From: a virus
Virus record (IMG/VR): IMGVR_UViG_3300031703_000003
Coordinates: 7,497-71,496 of that record
Length of the DNA stretch: 64,000 nucleotides
Strand: one strand, 5' to 3'
Below the pieces are notes generated by a model. The model saw nothing but the letters and a program-made list of their open reading frames with translations. It ran no database searches and was not told where the DNA came from. Shown here piece by piece: positions 10,243 through 21,900 of this stretch. Numbering within the stretch: the first letter of the stretch is position 1; every line of letters begins with the position of its first letter. The position numbers and the translations under genes are program-made.

Positions 10243-11227
10243 TGTTCTCTCCATAATAGTTTACTGTTAGCTTTGTATTCTTAAAAGTAAAAACTGGATT
10301 AGCTGGCCAGTTTGTAGGCAAGTCTAACTTTATTTCATTGTTAAGCAATTTATTTGTACTAACTGTTAGTGTAGTCACATAGTTGTCTACGTATGTATCC
10401 GATATATGCAACTCAAGTCGTTTCTTGTTCTCAAAATAGTATAACATGTCTTTTGATATTTTACTATCGATAATTAACATATCATTTAATATATACATAT
10501 TTATGTGAGATATTTCTGACACGTTTGCAGATTGATATAATCTTTCATTGTCAAGTGATGATTCGTGTGGCACATCAGTAAACTCAATGCCGTAGTTTTT
10601 AAACACAGGCTTTGTGTATACACTAACATCATCCCAACTATTAATGTGCTTCATGATTTTGTGTGGCACATCAAATGTTAATGATGACTCAGTTAATAAC
10701 TCAACAGGGTCAACAGGAACGATCCCAATTAAATAATCAGGATCGTTCTTTTTGCAAATATAAAGATTAAGTAGATTCTGTTCTGCATTCTTAATAGTAT
10801 TAATTTGTCCAAGATTAAGTGCCTGGCGAATATTTGCAAAGTTTATTGTAACGTGTATTTGGTTAAGGTCTCTTGTGATTTTAATATACATATCACACGT
10901 AGAAGGTTCTTGTCCTTGTTTGATTGCATTTAATTGTGTGTTTCTGGATTGTAAAACTAGCGTAGTGCTTTTAACATCAATGTCCCATGATTGAATTGAT
11001 TCATCCCAATGCATTGCATATTTGCTAATATTTTTTGATCCAGTTATTAACTCTTGGCAAACATTGTTTGTAGTAACTGATACAATGTCGTCTGGCGTTG
11101 TTGCTTTAATAACTCGTGGGCTTACACTGATAATACGCCCGTTTTCTTTTTTAGACTTTACCCACCATCGTTGATTGTTGTGCTCGCTACTTTGTAACGT
11201 TTGTGTAATGTTGTTGCTGTTCATCAA
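10226..11227 (-). CDS. Hypothetical protein
   Basis: 333-aa ORF overlapping both neighbours in the operon. Confidence 0.7.
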   Translation of the reverse strand: MMNSNNITQTLQSSEHNNQRWWVKSKKENGRIISVSPRVIKATTPDDIVSVTTNNVCQELITGSKNISKYAMHWDESIQSWDIDVKSTTLVLQSRNTQLNAIKQGQEPSTCDMYIKITRDLNQIHVTINFANIRQALNLGQINTIKNAEQNLLNLYICKKNDPDYLIGIVPVDPVELLTESSLTFDVPHKIMKHINSWDDVSVYTKPVFKNYGIEFTDVPHESSLDNERLYQSANVSEISHINMYILNDMLIIDSKISKDMLYYFENKKRLELHISDTYVDNYVTTLTVSTNKLLNNEIKLDLPTNWPANPVFTFKNTKLTVNYYGENNEQHD

Positions 11228-12029
11228 ATATCTCGTCTGTTAAGAATTCGTTGTCGTAATAGTATATAGTGCCGTTGATTGCATAGTTTTGTATTTTTAT
11301 CTTGCCTGCTGCACTTGACCAAACGTTTAGTCTATCAGTCCAGTTGCTATCAGCACCTACTCTACTTAGCTTCATATCCACATACGTTAGAATGTTATCA
11401 TGATAACATGTAACATCATTTCCTGTATGTGTAGCAACTAACGAATGCATTATATCTGCGTCGAACAAATCTGGAACATGTTGCGGTGCAACATACAATG
11501 CAAATACATCTTTCCAGTGTTGAAAATAAACATCTGCTAGCTTAAAGTGTGCTAATGCAATATCAGATCGTTTAAAGAAAAACATGTTACTATACATTAT
11601 ATTAATGTTGTATTCTTTATTCAGTTGCAATTGATATTTTGGATTCACAACATTTTGTCTGAAGTCATGTATTTGTGTTGGGAATGCAATGTCATGATGA
11701 TCCACTAAGTAATCCCACAAGCTAGTATGATCCACTTTAACCAATGACTTACAATCAATTGCAATTGTGTTGTTATACGGGCTGGCCCAATACAACTGCC
11801 AATCGTTTTGTCTACAAGTTGTGTGCTTCTTAAATGGTAACTCAGTAACTGCATCGAATCCATCTAAGTACTTCTTTGCTACAGTTTTTAAAGTTGGAAC
11901 AATAAGCGTTACACTGGCGCCAGGCATTTTACTTTTAATTGTATATGCGCAGCATTGTGCTTGTCTATATTCGGTTTGGTTTACAGCAATGATTACATAC
12001 CCATTGTCTGCAATGATGTCAGATGTCAT
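11187..12029 (-). CDS. Glycosyltransferase-like protein with degenerate DxD
   Basis: SPYNNTIAIDCK aligns with SPFEQTLLLDTD of the adjacent gene. Confidence 0.55.
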   Translation of the reverse strand: MTSDIIADNGYVIIAVNQTEYRQAQCCAYTIKSKMPGASVTLIVPTLKTVAKKYLDGFDAVTELPFKKHTTCRQNDWQLYWASPYNNTIAIDCKSLVKVDHTSLWDYLVDHHDIAFPTQIHDFRQNVVNPKYQLQLNKEYNINIMYSNMFFFKRSDIALAHFKLADVYFQHWKDVFALYVAPQHVPDLFDADIMHSLVATHTGNDVTCYHDNILTYVDMKLSRVGADSNWTDRLNVWSSAAGKIKIQNYAINGTIYYYDNEFLTDEIFDEQQQHYTNVTK

Positions 12030-12916
12030 TTGAAATGCTCCATTATTTTTGGTCTCATTCTAGCAAGCGCACGTTTGTTCATAACGTGCAAATCTAAATG
12101 ACTGTGGTTGATTAATATATTTTTCCAATTCTCTGTGTGGTCATGTCCAAGACAAACCCAGTCTTGCAGATTATGTACATCTACAATATCATCCTTTTGA
12201 GAAAGGTAATACATCGGAGTATCACTGAAGTTACGCACTACGTTGCTATCTTCCATTCCGTTTAAAATATGAACAGCGATGCTTACACAGTAGTCTGTTC
12301 TAAATAGTTTACCTGGGAAGTTATACAAGAACTGATAGAAGTCGTAGTTATCAGCTACGTGTGCCCATGTATCAAAGAACATTTTACTAAACTCGCCGCG
12401 GTCAAAATACACAACAGTACTCCACCACATTTTAACACCTGCGCCGTACAATACTCTTTCGTTTTGCAGCGGCAGTTCATTTCTTATGCTCCTGGCTTGA
12501 TCAAACATAGACACACCTGCAAATTCAAAACTGCTTAACAAGAACTCATTTTTTACAATATAGTCTGTGTCAAGTAGTAATGTTTGTTCAAATGGGCTGT
12601 ATTCCCAAATCTTATGCTTATTGCCGTTTTGGAACTCTGCCTGAAACTCTGTCCACGGACTGTCAAAGTGTCTGCGTATATTGCTAACAACTTCGTCTTT
12701 TGTAATTTTAATATAATCAAATACGTAGTCGATATCTTCTTCTGTTTGAGACTCTATCATCCAATTGTACGTACCTTGGTCTGTCATTATACAAACAGGC
12801 AAATCAAGATATTTCTTTACGTATCGAGCTGCTATCATTGCCAGTTCTACATAATCAATTTGTTCATTGTTATATACAAAAAAGCATACGCCTTGTTTAT
12901 CTTTGTACTCTATCAT
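12026..12916 (-). CDS. Putative GT-A glycosyltransferase
   Basis: SPFEQTLLLDTDY (DxD), WWSTVVYF, FRTDY, HVMNK. Confidence 0.6.
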   Translation of the reverse strand: MIEYKDKQGVCFFVYNNEQIDYVELAMIAARYVKKYLDLPVCIMTDQGTYNWMIESQTEEDIDYVFDYIKITKDEVVSNIRRHFDSPWTEFQAEFQNGNKHKIWEYSPFEQTLLLDTDYIVKNEFLLSSFEFAGVSMFDQARSIRNELPLQNERVLYGAGVKMWWSTVVYFDRGEFSKMFFDTWAHVADNYDFYQFLYNFPGKLFRTDYCVSIAVHILNGMEDSNVVRNFSDTPMYYLSQKDDIVDVHNLQDWVCLGHDHTENWKNILINHSHLDLHVMNKRALARMRPKIMEHFK

Positions 12917-13270
12917 TTACCAATCCATTATAGATTTAATATTTCTAGCTTTTCGTAGCTTTGCATATTCAACATCGTATTCTTGCATTGCGCTAGTGTG
13001 TGCGTTAACTAATTTATCAAGCAAATCTGCATAGTCTGTTACTTTAACAGGATTGTCTTTTGAATCCATTAACACACCAGCATTGTGCGTTAGGTCAATC
13101 ATTGTTTTCACAAATGCAATTGTTTCTTGGTTTGCAACAAACACACCTGCGTTATGATGCACCAACTGTAGTTGCTGAACACGATTTCTGATGTTTTGTT
13201 TTTGGTTGTTAAGGGTAAGCGTGTAGTTAGAAAAATCTAACGCTTTAGTAAGACGTTCGTCCATATACAT
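12917..13270 (-). CDS. Hypothetical phage protein
   Basis: 117-aa ORF with GGAG RBS; first gene after a sigma70-like promoter. Confidence 0.75.
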   Translation of the reverse strand: MYMDERLTKALDFSNYTLTLNNQKQNIRNRVQQLQLVHHNAGVFVANQETIAFVKTMIDLTHNAGVLMDSKDNPVKVTDYADLLDKLVNAHTSAMQEYDVEYAKLRKARNIKSIMDW

Positions 13271-13290
13271 TTCTCCATATTATAATAACT

Positions 13291-13319
13291 ATAATACTAT
13301 AGATAAGAGAATATGTCAA
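13291..13319 (-). promoter_or_regulatory. Sigma70-type promoter
   Basis: TTGACA-17 bp-TATTAT, intergenic, upstream of 13270. Confidence 0.7.
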
Positions 13320-13331
13320 GTGTTTTTTAAA

Positions 13332-14393
13332 TTAAACTGGGCCCCAGGCTGTGATTTCAGTTATAGTAGGTGCTATTCGTTGAGCAAATACATAGCTTAT
13401 ACTGTCAACTGTAAAGTATGACGAAGCTACACTGTCAGTGACTGTTGGAGTACTCAGTGGTAACCTATATCCTAAGTTACATACAATGTTAGCATTAACT
13501 GGTGATTCATCATCTACATCTTCTATTAAGGTAATTGTTAGAAACACTTGGAATTTTCCACTTACCATTTCTGTTCTCAAAGATAGTTGTAGTCTACGAG
13601 CTGAATATTCACCAGATGAGTAGGCACCGTAGTCGACTGTATCACCTACTAATGAGCCGCCGTCGTTTGCTGCTATATCATATATAATTGTGTCTACTGA
13701 TTCGACTGCATTATAAAATCCACGAAATACAGAACTATTAAATGGAGCATCACCGTCGCCGTCACCATCGTTTGTTGTACTAGTTGCTCCAATTCTAACA
13801 ACACCTAAGTTATCAAAGAACGCATTCCAAACTGCACTAGGCGTGTAGCTGCCGCCATTTGATGTTGACATATCAACTGTAATCTGTCCACCGCTGTTAA
13901 AAAAGTATCTTGCTTCATTGTAATTGCTAAATTCAAACATCTGGGTACACTGTAAGTCGTCTGCCCAGACTAATCCAGCACTGTCAGTAGACGATAATCC
14001 AGTGTCAAGTAATACCGAATCAGCATTAATTAAAAGCTTCATTGTGGTTATTGTAGTACTAATTACATTATATATTGATGTGTACACAGACGCTGATATA
14101 GCAGTGCTTACTGATCGTTTAGGTTGCAACAGTGTTTGATTGCCAGTTATGTGCCAGATGCCAGCGTTAATCTGAGAAAGCAAATGGTTAGTATGGTCTG
14201 CTGTTATGATTGTCTGGGGATCAACTGTGTCTACTTGTGTTTGTCCCCATCCAAATATATGAGTTGTCTTGTCAGTGTCAGATGGCAGTACAGTAGTGTA
14301 ATCATCTGACCACAGTTTATTATAGCTGTCTACTAGTTCGTTGAACTGTGCAGCCGTAATGTTGTTGCCTGTTAGATAATTACCAATTGGCAT
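13332..14393 (-). CDS. Virion structural protein (baseplate/short-fibre associated)
   Basis: GWGQ and ARYFFNSGG motifs; S/T/G-rich; last gene of the baseplate run. Confidence 0.6.
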   Translation of the reverse strand: MPIGNYLTGNNITAAQFNELVDSYNKLWSDDYTTVLPSDTDKTTHIFGWGQTQVDTVDPQTIITADHTNHLLSQINAGIWHITGNQTLLQPKRSVSTAISASVYTSIYNVISTTITTMKLLINADSVLLDTGLSSTDSAGLVWADDLQCTQMFEFSNYNEARYFFNSGGQITVDMSTSNGGSYTPSAVWNAFFDNLGVVRIGATSTTNDGDGDGDAPFNSSVFRGFYNAVESVDTIIYDIAANDGGSLVGDTVDYGAYSSGEYSARRLQLSLRTEMVSGKFQVFLTITLIEDVDDESPVNANIVCNLGYRLPLSTPTVTDSVASSYFTVDSISYVFAQRIAPTITEITAWGPV

Positions 14394-14394
14394 G

Positions 14395-15270
14395 TTACTT
14401 TACCCCAACTACGATTTCCACTAACCCAATACCTAAGGTATCTTTATTTTCCAATGCTCTGCCTACAACACGAAACCAATCAACTCCTACTTCTTTTTCA
14501 TAGTCCGATAATGCTCGTGCTGTTCCTGGTGTATCACTTGCTACTAGGCGCTGTCCTTTTCGAACCTCACCAATGACTGTACATGGTACACGTCCGTCAA
14601 GTGCTACTGCTACTGTTGTGCCTTTGCACATACTGTTCATTAAGTATGCTGGATTTGTAGAAACAACTCCAAACACCTCTGGGCAATATTCAACTGTTGT
14701 TTGTGTTACTTCAGCTGCTCCACCAATTTTAACTACTGTCCCTGGTGCATACTCTGCATCACTTGTGTAAAGTTCTGCTAAGTCAGCATACTCAGCTGTA
14801 GTAGCTGTTCCGTGTAGCTTCATACCTGGAGCTAGTGTGATACCAGTGTTGATAGTATTAGATGTAAATGCACTTGCTATGTACAAATCTTCTGCTGGAT
14901 TAAGTACAAATGCGTCTTTGCTAAACGATGCAATTGCAGTTCCTGCTGATGTAACAACAAAGATGTCATGCATTGCGCCTGTTGTATCTGCGACTAACTT
15001 CTGGTTAAACCCAGTGCCGTTCCATGCTGCGCCGTTCCATACTTTAAGTTGGTTGTTAGCTGAATCAAACCACATCTGGCCTTCAACTCGTTTTGCTAAT
15101 ACAGGTTCTGCTTTTGCAAAATTTTCTAACAAATCAACAAAGTTTTGCGCAATTGCATCACCGTACCCAAAGTAGTCTTTGCCAACTAATGAAAGACTTG
15201 TTTCTGTATTAATAGTCCCGTACTCAACTGTGATGGTAGGGATTGATTTTGAATTAACTGAATAAGACAT
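14395..15270 (-). CDS. Virion structural protein (baseplate/tail-fibre type)
   Basis: LVGKDYFGYG...NFVDLLENFA...GQMWFD N-terminus; YADLAELY...GVVST.PAYLMN...VAL.GRVP C-terminal domain. Confidence 0.65.
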   Translation of the reverse strand: MSYSVNSKSIPTITVEYGTINTETSLSLVGKDYFGYGDAIAQNFVDLLENFAKAEPVLAKRVEGQMWFDSANNQLKVWNGAAWNGTGFNQKLVADTTGAMHDIFVVTSAGTAIASFSKDAFVLNPAEDLYIASAFTSNTINTGITLAPGMKLHGTATTAEYADLAELYTSDAEYAPGTVVKIGGAAEVTQTTVEYCPEVFGVVSTNPAYLMNSMCKGTTVAVALDGRVPCTVIGEVRKGQRLVASDTPGTARALSDYEKEVGVDWFRVVGRALENKDTLGIGLVEIVVGVK

Positions 15271-15273
15271 TTT

Positions 15274-15837
15274 TTATACTCCTGCTCTGATTCTAATTGA
15301 ATACAGAATTTCTATTTTTTTATTTATGTTTTTCAGAATAGGGTGAAAAACTAAATGTGTTAAGTGGTGCCCTGTCTCTGTGACTAGAGCAATTTCATTT
15401 ATTACTACATTATCAGATGCATCCTTGAATGCAGCTAATTCTGTATCTAATATAACTTGCACAGTTATATCTGTGTACGGGTTGCTTTCAGCATCCGTCA
15501 CTGTAATAGATGTAGTTTGTTTTGTAATTGCGTTGTTGTTAACATCTAAAAATGCATTATACAGGCTACCGTTAACGCCGTCTATTTTTGGATTCTTGTA
15601 AGTTACATTACCTGATGCATCAATGATTGTAGCGCCGAATCCAAATGCAATCTTATCAATAAAAAACTGATTATCATTTTCTGTTTTGTTTGCTAATGCA
15701 CTAGCAACAGCAAATGCAAAGTTCTGAAAGTTAATAGCATTATGCTTATCTAACAGAATTTCGTTAGTGGTCATATCTTTAAATTGAACATGCCCATCTA
15801 CAGAAATATTTAATTCTTCGTTGTAATAGTTTTTCAT
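15274..15837 (-). CDS. Putative baseplate/tail structural protein
   Basis: Located in the baseplate operon; EIAL...LTHLVFHPI.K...I.Y.IRI C-terminus. Confidence 0.55.
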   Translation of the reverse strand: MKNYYNEELNISVDGHVQFKDMTTNEILLDKHNAINFQNFAFAVASALANKTENDNQFFIDKIAFGFGATIIDASGNVTYKNPKIDGVNGSLYNAFLDVNNNAITKQTTSITVTDAESNPYTDITVQVILDTELAAFKDASDNVVINEIALVTETGHHLTHLVFHPILKNINKKIEILYSIRIRAGV

Positions 15838-15942
15838 TCTTTAGTCGCCTGCTCCTTGTATACTATTTAGCATAAAAGATATCTTACTTTTATGAGGTGC
15901 CCATTCAGTTAGTTGCTGTCTCAGCAACTAACATCACTCATT

Positions 15943-18900
15943 CTAATTCCACGTAGTAGGTGTAATGTCAGTTGATACCAATGTTGCAATATCTATTTCA
16001 TTTATTACTAACGTTTCTGTTACACCAAGTGTAACTGTGTCTGCTGCTGTAACTGATCGGTTAACTTCGCTAATCTTAACATGAAACGGTTTAATCTCGT
16101 TTACATAGTTTTCAATTTGCTGCACACTGTCCTTCTTGTATTTCTTCTGTTGTGTGACTGAACTCTGAACCTCTAGTCTAATATACGATGTTTTCATTGC
16201 CCAGTCAACCTGTTTATTCCTAGTTAGGGTATAATCTATCATACCAAAGAAGAACTCGTTGAATTTGATTGCATGTCTATCTGCAAACAATAATGTACGC
16301 AATATAACAACTATAGATTTCCACCATGCTGCAATAAACTGGTTGTCCCATGTTACACTATCCCACGGTTCCATATCCCACGTATATGATTTGCCCAAAC
16401 GTTCAATGTTCCATTTAATTGCTGCGTTATTCTTTTTAGCTAATACCCAGCCTCTGTCAAGTGTATGAATATAAAACTCAGTACGATCAATTTTGCCTGA
16501 GTTAAGTATTTCTATTCTTGCAGTTTCGTATTCAGTTATATCAAGTGAGTTAAGCTCTTCTATGCTAGACACTTCTGTTATGTATGTGTCCGCTGTATTG
16601 TAATCAGCTGTAATGTAGTCTGTCCATGACCATGAATTACGTGGAAGCTTATCCTCGAATCCAGGTGCAGTTGCTGCATTATGTAACGCAATTTCGAATC
16701 TAGAATTATAATCATCATATACGTTAACAGATACAAGCAAACGGTTAATAATATTTAGCGCGTTTAATCTTGCACTTGGAATATCATCAAACCAAGCTTG
16801 GCGTTTTGTTCTGTCACCGCCGTAACGTGCATATGCATGCAAGTTAAAATCTGGTATACGATCTTCGTTTTCATCAATTACTGCTAGGTTGTTTGACAAT
16901 CCTGTTACCCAATAGTCTGGAATAACATCTACGTCCTTGCTTAATAACACCCACTGACTATGATTGTTTTCTACTGCTCTATTTAGCTGCACAACAACTG
17001 GCTTCTTTACAAAGTCCCAGATGTCAGATATAATAATACTATCATTGTCAACTACTGAGAACCAGTATATGCCATTGGCACTTGGGTCAGTTATAATATT
17101 TTCAACTTCGGATGTTGTGATACTCTTACTGCTACTTCCAATTGTTGATTTGTTACGTACCCAAAAGTAGTACACATTTTCGTATTTAGTGACAGTAGGA
17201 TTCCATTCACTTTGCAATGTAAAGTAGTATTCGTTTTGATTTTTTATAGCATCAAATTCATAGTATGCTGTGCCAGATGCTATTACTCCAAACATTGCTG
17301 TCTGTGCTTTTACTGCACTTGCATAGTCATCAGGTGCAACTGAACTCTTTGTCCATTCCCAGATAACAACTTCACTGTCTACAAACTGGCGGCCCCAGTT
17401 ACTTGACTTGTCTTTTAGATCGCCTTGGTCATAATCATAATATCTAACCTTGCTAGTATCCCACCAACGCTTGCCAACTTCGCTGTCAGTCCATGCGCTA
17501 TCAACATCCACTTCATATTCTTCTTCAGTTGATGTGTTATATACTGCAACATCATGTACACTCTTAACATCAATTTCTATGTCAGCAACACCAGGTATTA
17601 TGCCTCGCATTGGATCAAACAATTCTAAGTCAAGCACAGGAGTATTAGTATCATAATCATATACAGTTATGTTGTCTATGTCAGTGTTTAATATTCTAGT
17701 GTACTGTTGTCTAACTAATGCTAGTACAGGAGTTAATATTTTAGAAGTTGCATTTGTTGTATAACCTGCACCTGTTATGGCATCTGCACCTGTTGTTGCA
17801 TATGCGACGTTGAATACATTAACCGAATCTACATCAGTAGTATCTTTGTCTGTCCATATAAATGCACCAGGAGGAGTGTTCCATTGCACAAGTAACATCG
17901 CAGCGTCACGGTTAGCTATTGTTTCAAATCTATGTGTGCGCAATGTCATTATACTTGGGCATGATCCACATGTATCTATATATTGATCAATGTAGAATTC
18001 TTTATTGCTACCTAGTTTAGTTACTTTATGTATTCCATCTATGTTAGGAACAGTAGTTGTGTTTAACATCATTACAAAGTCACCAACTGCTAAGTTGTGA
18101 GCAAGCTGTGTTGTAACTTGTGCATCATTGCCGTCCACTGAATGTGTGCCAGCGCATATTCCACATGTTGCATAGTTTACGCCAGATGGATTGTTAGCCA
18201 AGTCTTCTGTGTATAGCTCAGTGTTTTGTACTTGGAATACATTCCATCCGTTAAACTTTGTCTTCAATGCGTTAATTGCAGGCCCTGCGTAATCGGAATC
18301 ATTTGCAACCCACACATTAAATAATGCAGGATCCAAGTGACTTATATTTAACCATTCGCTATTTACAAATGTGTTGTCTAGTGTAGAATCAATCAATGAT
18401 GATACTGTGCCTGTTACAAAACCTGCTTGTTGATTGAATATTGTACTTGTAAGTGCAAGAGTGTCGTTAACAGATGTAATTTCAATTTGGTTACTACTGT
18501 TTAATGCCACAGTGACACCAGCGATATTCGCTGCATTAATTGCAATAATTGCGTCGCTTGCTAGCGTAGGAGCCTGTACTGGATTAGTCACAGCAGCTTT
18601 GCTAGTTGGTAACCCAAAGCTAGTTAATAAACTTCCTGATAATTCTAACAACGATCGCCCTGTGCTTGTAATTCTTAATTTACTACTTGCAGCAGCAGCT
18701 ATTATGTGCGAAGGACTAGCCGAGTTAATTTGGTTAACAATTTGAGCAAGTGATAACGCAATGCCCTGTGTTACAATGGTTGATGGTGTAATAACATTGT
18801 ATCCTGTTGCCTTTAATCCAATTAGTGCATTTGTTGCGCTTGGTGTTACTATCAACAAAGATGTTGTATCAGGTGCCCAATATCGTATACGTAGTCTGTT

Positions 18901-21900
18901 GAAAACTGGATCTAAATCTGCAAGTATTGCATTGTCTACTCCTGCTGTTATACTAATACTAGCAGCAGTTAATGTGTTATTAATAGTAGTCGCAATTTCT
19001 GCAGATGTAATTGCAACTGGTGTGTTTGTAATTGTAATTGTAATTTCCGCGCCTGATAGCGGAGCGGTTGTAAACACAACGTCCTGTCCTGCAATGCTAT
19101 AATCAGTTCCAACTAGATTCAATACATTGTCTACCTTTACATGTTTAATTACACGAGCAGTACTTGTAATATCTTCTACTACAGTGAAGGTATCTTCTAG
19201 GTCATCTGCTGCAGCAACAGATGACAATGTAATTATAATTTCAACACTGGGCTCACTAAATGCAGCCCAACCTAGCTCCGTGAAGTCGAGATCTTGTCCT
19301 GAGATAAAAGCACCATAGAAGCCACCTTTGGTGTATGCATTTGCTCCGTCTACTTCCACTGTTGCAATTGTATACCCTGCTGCACTTATTGTCTGAGCCA
19401 CAGTGTAGACAGACTGACCAGCAACACTGTTCATCGTTTCAACTATATTAGCAGGTGTTACTGCATTGTTTATGCCATTAAATTCTTCAGTTGAATCACC
19501 AGGCGCTGCGTTGCTAAAGTCAATTGATATACCATTAATTGTTATTGCCTTGCCTGCAACATCGCTTATAACTGGGTTAGCAATTGTACCTATTATTTCA
19601 GCAGGTCCTGTAACAACTGCTACTTCTTGCATGTTAATAAATGATATTGTTGCACCATCTATTCCCAATGTTGTACCTGATGCAATAGTTGGATTTACAA
19701 CTGTACCAGTTGCGACTATGTCTGATCGTACATCAACTGATGATTGGAATAATATATCTACTCCGTCAATAGTTGCTATAGTTCCGTAAGAAAATTCAGG
19801 TCGTACGTTACCAGTTTGTTTAATGTCAGTTGACACGGTACTAATAGTTGTGTTAGGAACAATACATTCAAATAGCTGTCCTTGGTACCTGGTTAAGTTT
19901 GTTAACTTGTAACTTACTGCTTTGTTCCATGTACTGATAGTTGAGTAATCAGCAATTGTGTCAAACACATTACTAATTTCTGTAGTTGTATTTACTTTGT
20001 ACTTGGCTTCTATTTCTAGTACCGAACCTGCTGTCAAGTTCTTAACGTTGCCGCTTGTAATTGAACTTGTAGCAAATGCAGTGTTGCCAGGGTTAACAAA
20101 TCTCTTGTCTCCGCTGTTGTACACTAGCACATCATCATACACTGTTTCAGCATCTGCAAATGATGCAAACTTAATAACCTGTGGCGATGTTTCTAGTTTA
20201 TTATTTTGTAATGTAAATTCAACACTGTTCAGTCTGTCAGTGTTACCAAAATAACTTCTTGACAACATATACTGTTCATGTACATTAACATCCAGTTTGT
20301 CTTCTGCAAACTTACGTTCAATTTTATCAATGCTGTTTCTAGAACCGCGTTGCTTAATTAATCCTTGATAGAAATCACGTTTTGTAATTTCATCAAATTC
20401 GTTGCCTGCAATTGTAAGACTGTTGTTTGAGTTACCTATTGTAATATTTTCTAATTTAGTAATTGCTGGATTAAAATCAATGCCATCGGCTCTATAGTAA
20501 TCGTCGATTGCCTGTACACTACTATCAAAGTTCTCAACAATCTTATTGTCAAATACTAAGTAGCCAGGTGCTGACTTACTACCTGTCCATGCATCTGTGA
20601 TTAATCCTCTGAACTTAATTTTGTCTTGTCCTGTATTTGACACACTATCTTTTACAACAACACCAAATTTTGTCTTGTTGTTTAATAATGCAATGTGTTC
20701 ATACTGTACAACAACAAATCCAACTGATCCAATTGTCTCATTTTCTTTTGTGGTAAGTGTCAGTACATTATCTAGACGAGATACGTTAAGTGATTCAGAA
20801 TCTATAATTGATCCATCAAGTCTTGCTACTGTGTTTTCTTTGAACACACCTTTATTTAATTCTTCTACTACACCGTGTGCAGGACTGAACGTAAGTGTTT
20901 TACCTATGTTAAATATCTTTGAGGGATTGCTTGTGTATGCAGGAGCAGTAATTGCCCACTTGACAAATGCAATTGCAACACTATCACCCGAGTATGGAAA
21001 TTTAAAGCCGATAGATTCTAAGTGAGCATAGTATCCTCTTATAAAAGTATATGTGTCTTGTATTTTTCCTAGCACAGTATTGTACTCTACTATACTTGCC
21101 ACTGGCGCAAACTTTTTATATTTCTTAACATCAATTCCGCTTATTGTAACATTTGAATATGATGTTGTGTTTGTGTTGTCTGGTTCAAGGAATAAGAATT
21201 CTTGTTTGCCGTAGCCCTGGCCGCTTACTTCCCAGCCAGTTGCAACTCGTGTAACTACAATAGAACTTGCAATAGATATTGCAATAGGTGAGCTCTTGTA
21301 CATTTCAATGTCAAAGTCATTCTCACCAAGTGTATGTGCAGTATTATCATATGTATCTGTTTTCATATCTATTAAATGTTTGCTACTGAATCCATTTAAT
21401 AAAGTGCCAAGCTGTGTATCAATTCTATTATGTAGGTTATCAATACTATAATCAATATTGTTACGCAATGTGTAGTTATATAATGCCTGAGTGATACCAC
21501 ATGCTACATGTTCAACTTGCTTCATTGTAATTGTAATAGTTGAGTTATTAATCTGTGATGCAGTCATGTTAGTGTACACTGCTGGCTCTGTGGTATGCGA
21601 TCTACCTCTTCGTGAAATGCTTGCGCCAGTTACAAAATATCTACTAACACCATCTGATCCGATAGTTGGAATAGTTTCATCCAGTGATAATGTAGCTAAT
21701 GCTTCTACTGCATTATCATCACCTATTAATTTTATATAAGTTGATTTACTAAACTTATCAGTTGCAGATGTTGTTATTGTTATGCCTGCTACAACTTCAT
21801 TGTAAACCGTGCCTGGTACTGCATACGATGCAGGTGTATGGAAATCTTTATTGTCTCTGTCTAAATAATCAATGTTTGTTTGTTGACTAGTAGTACCTGG

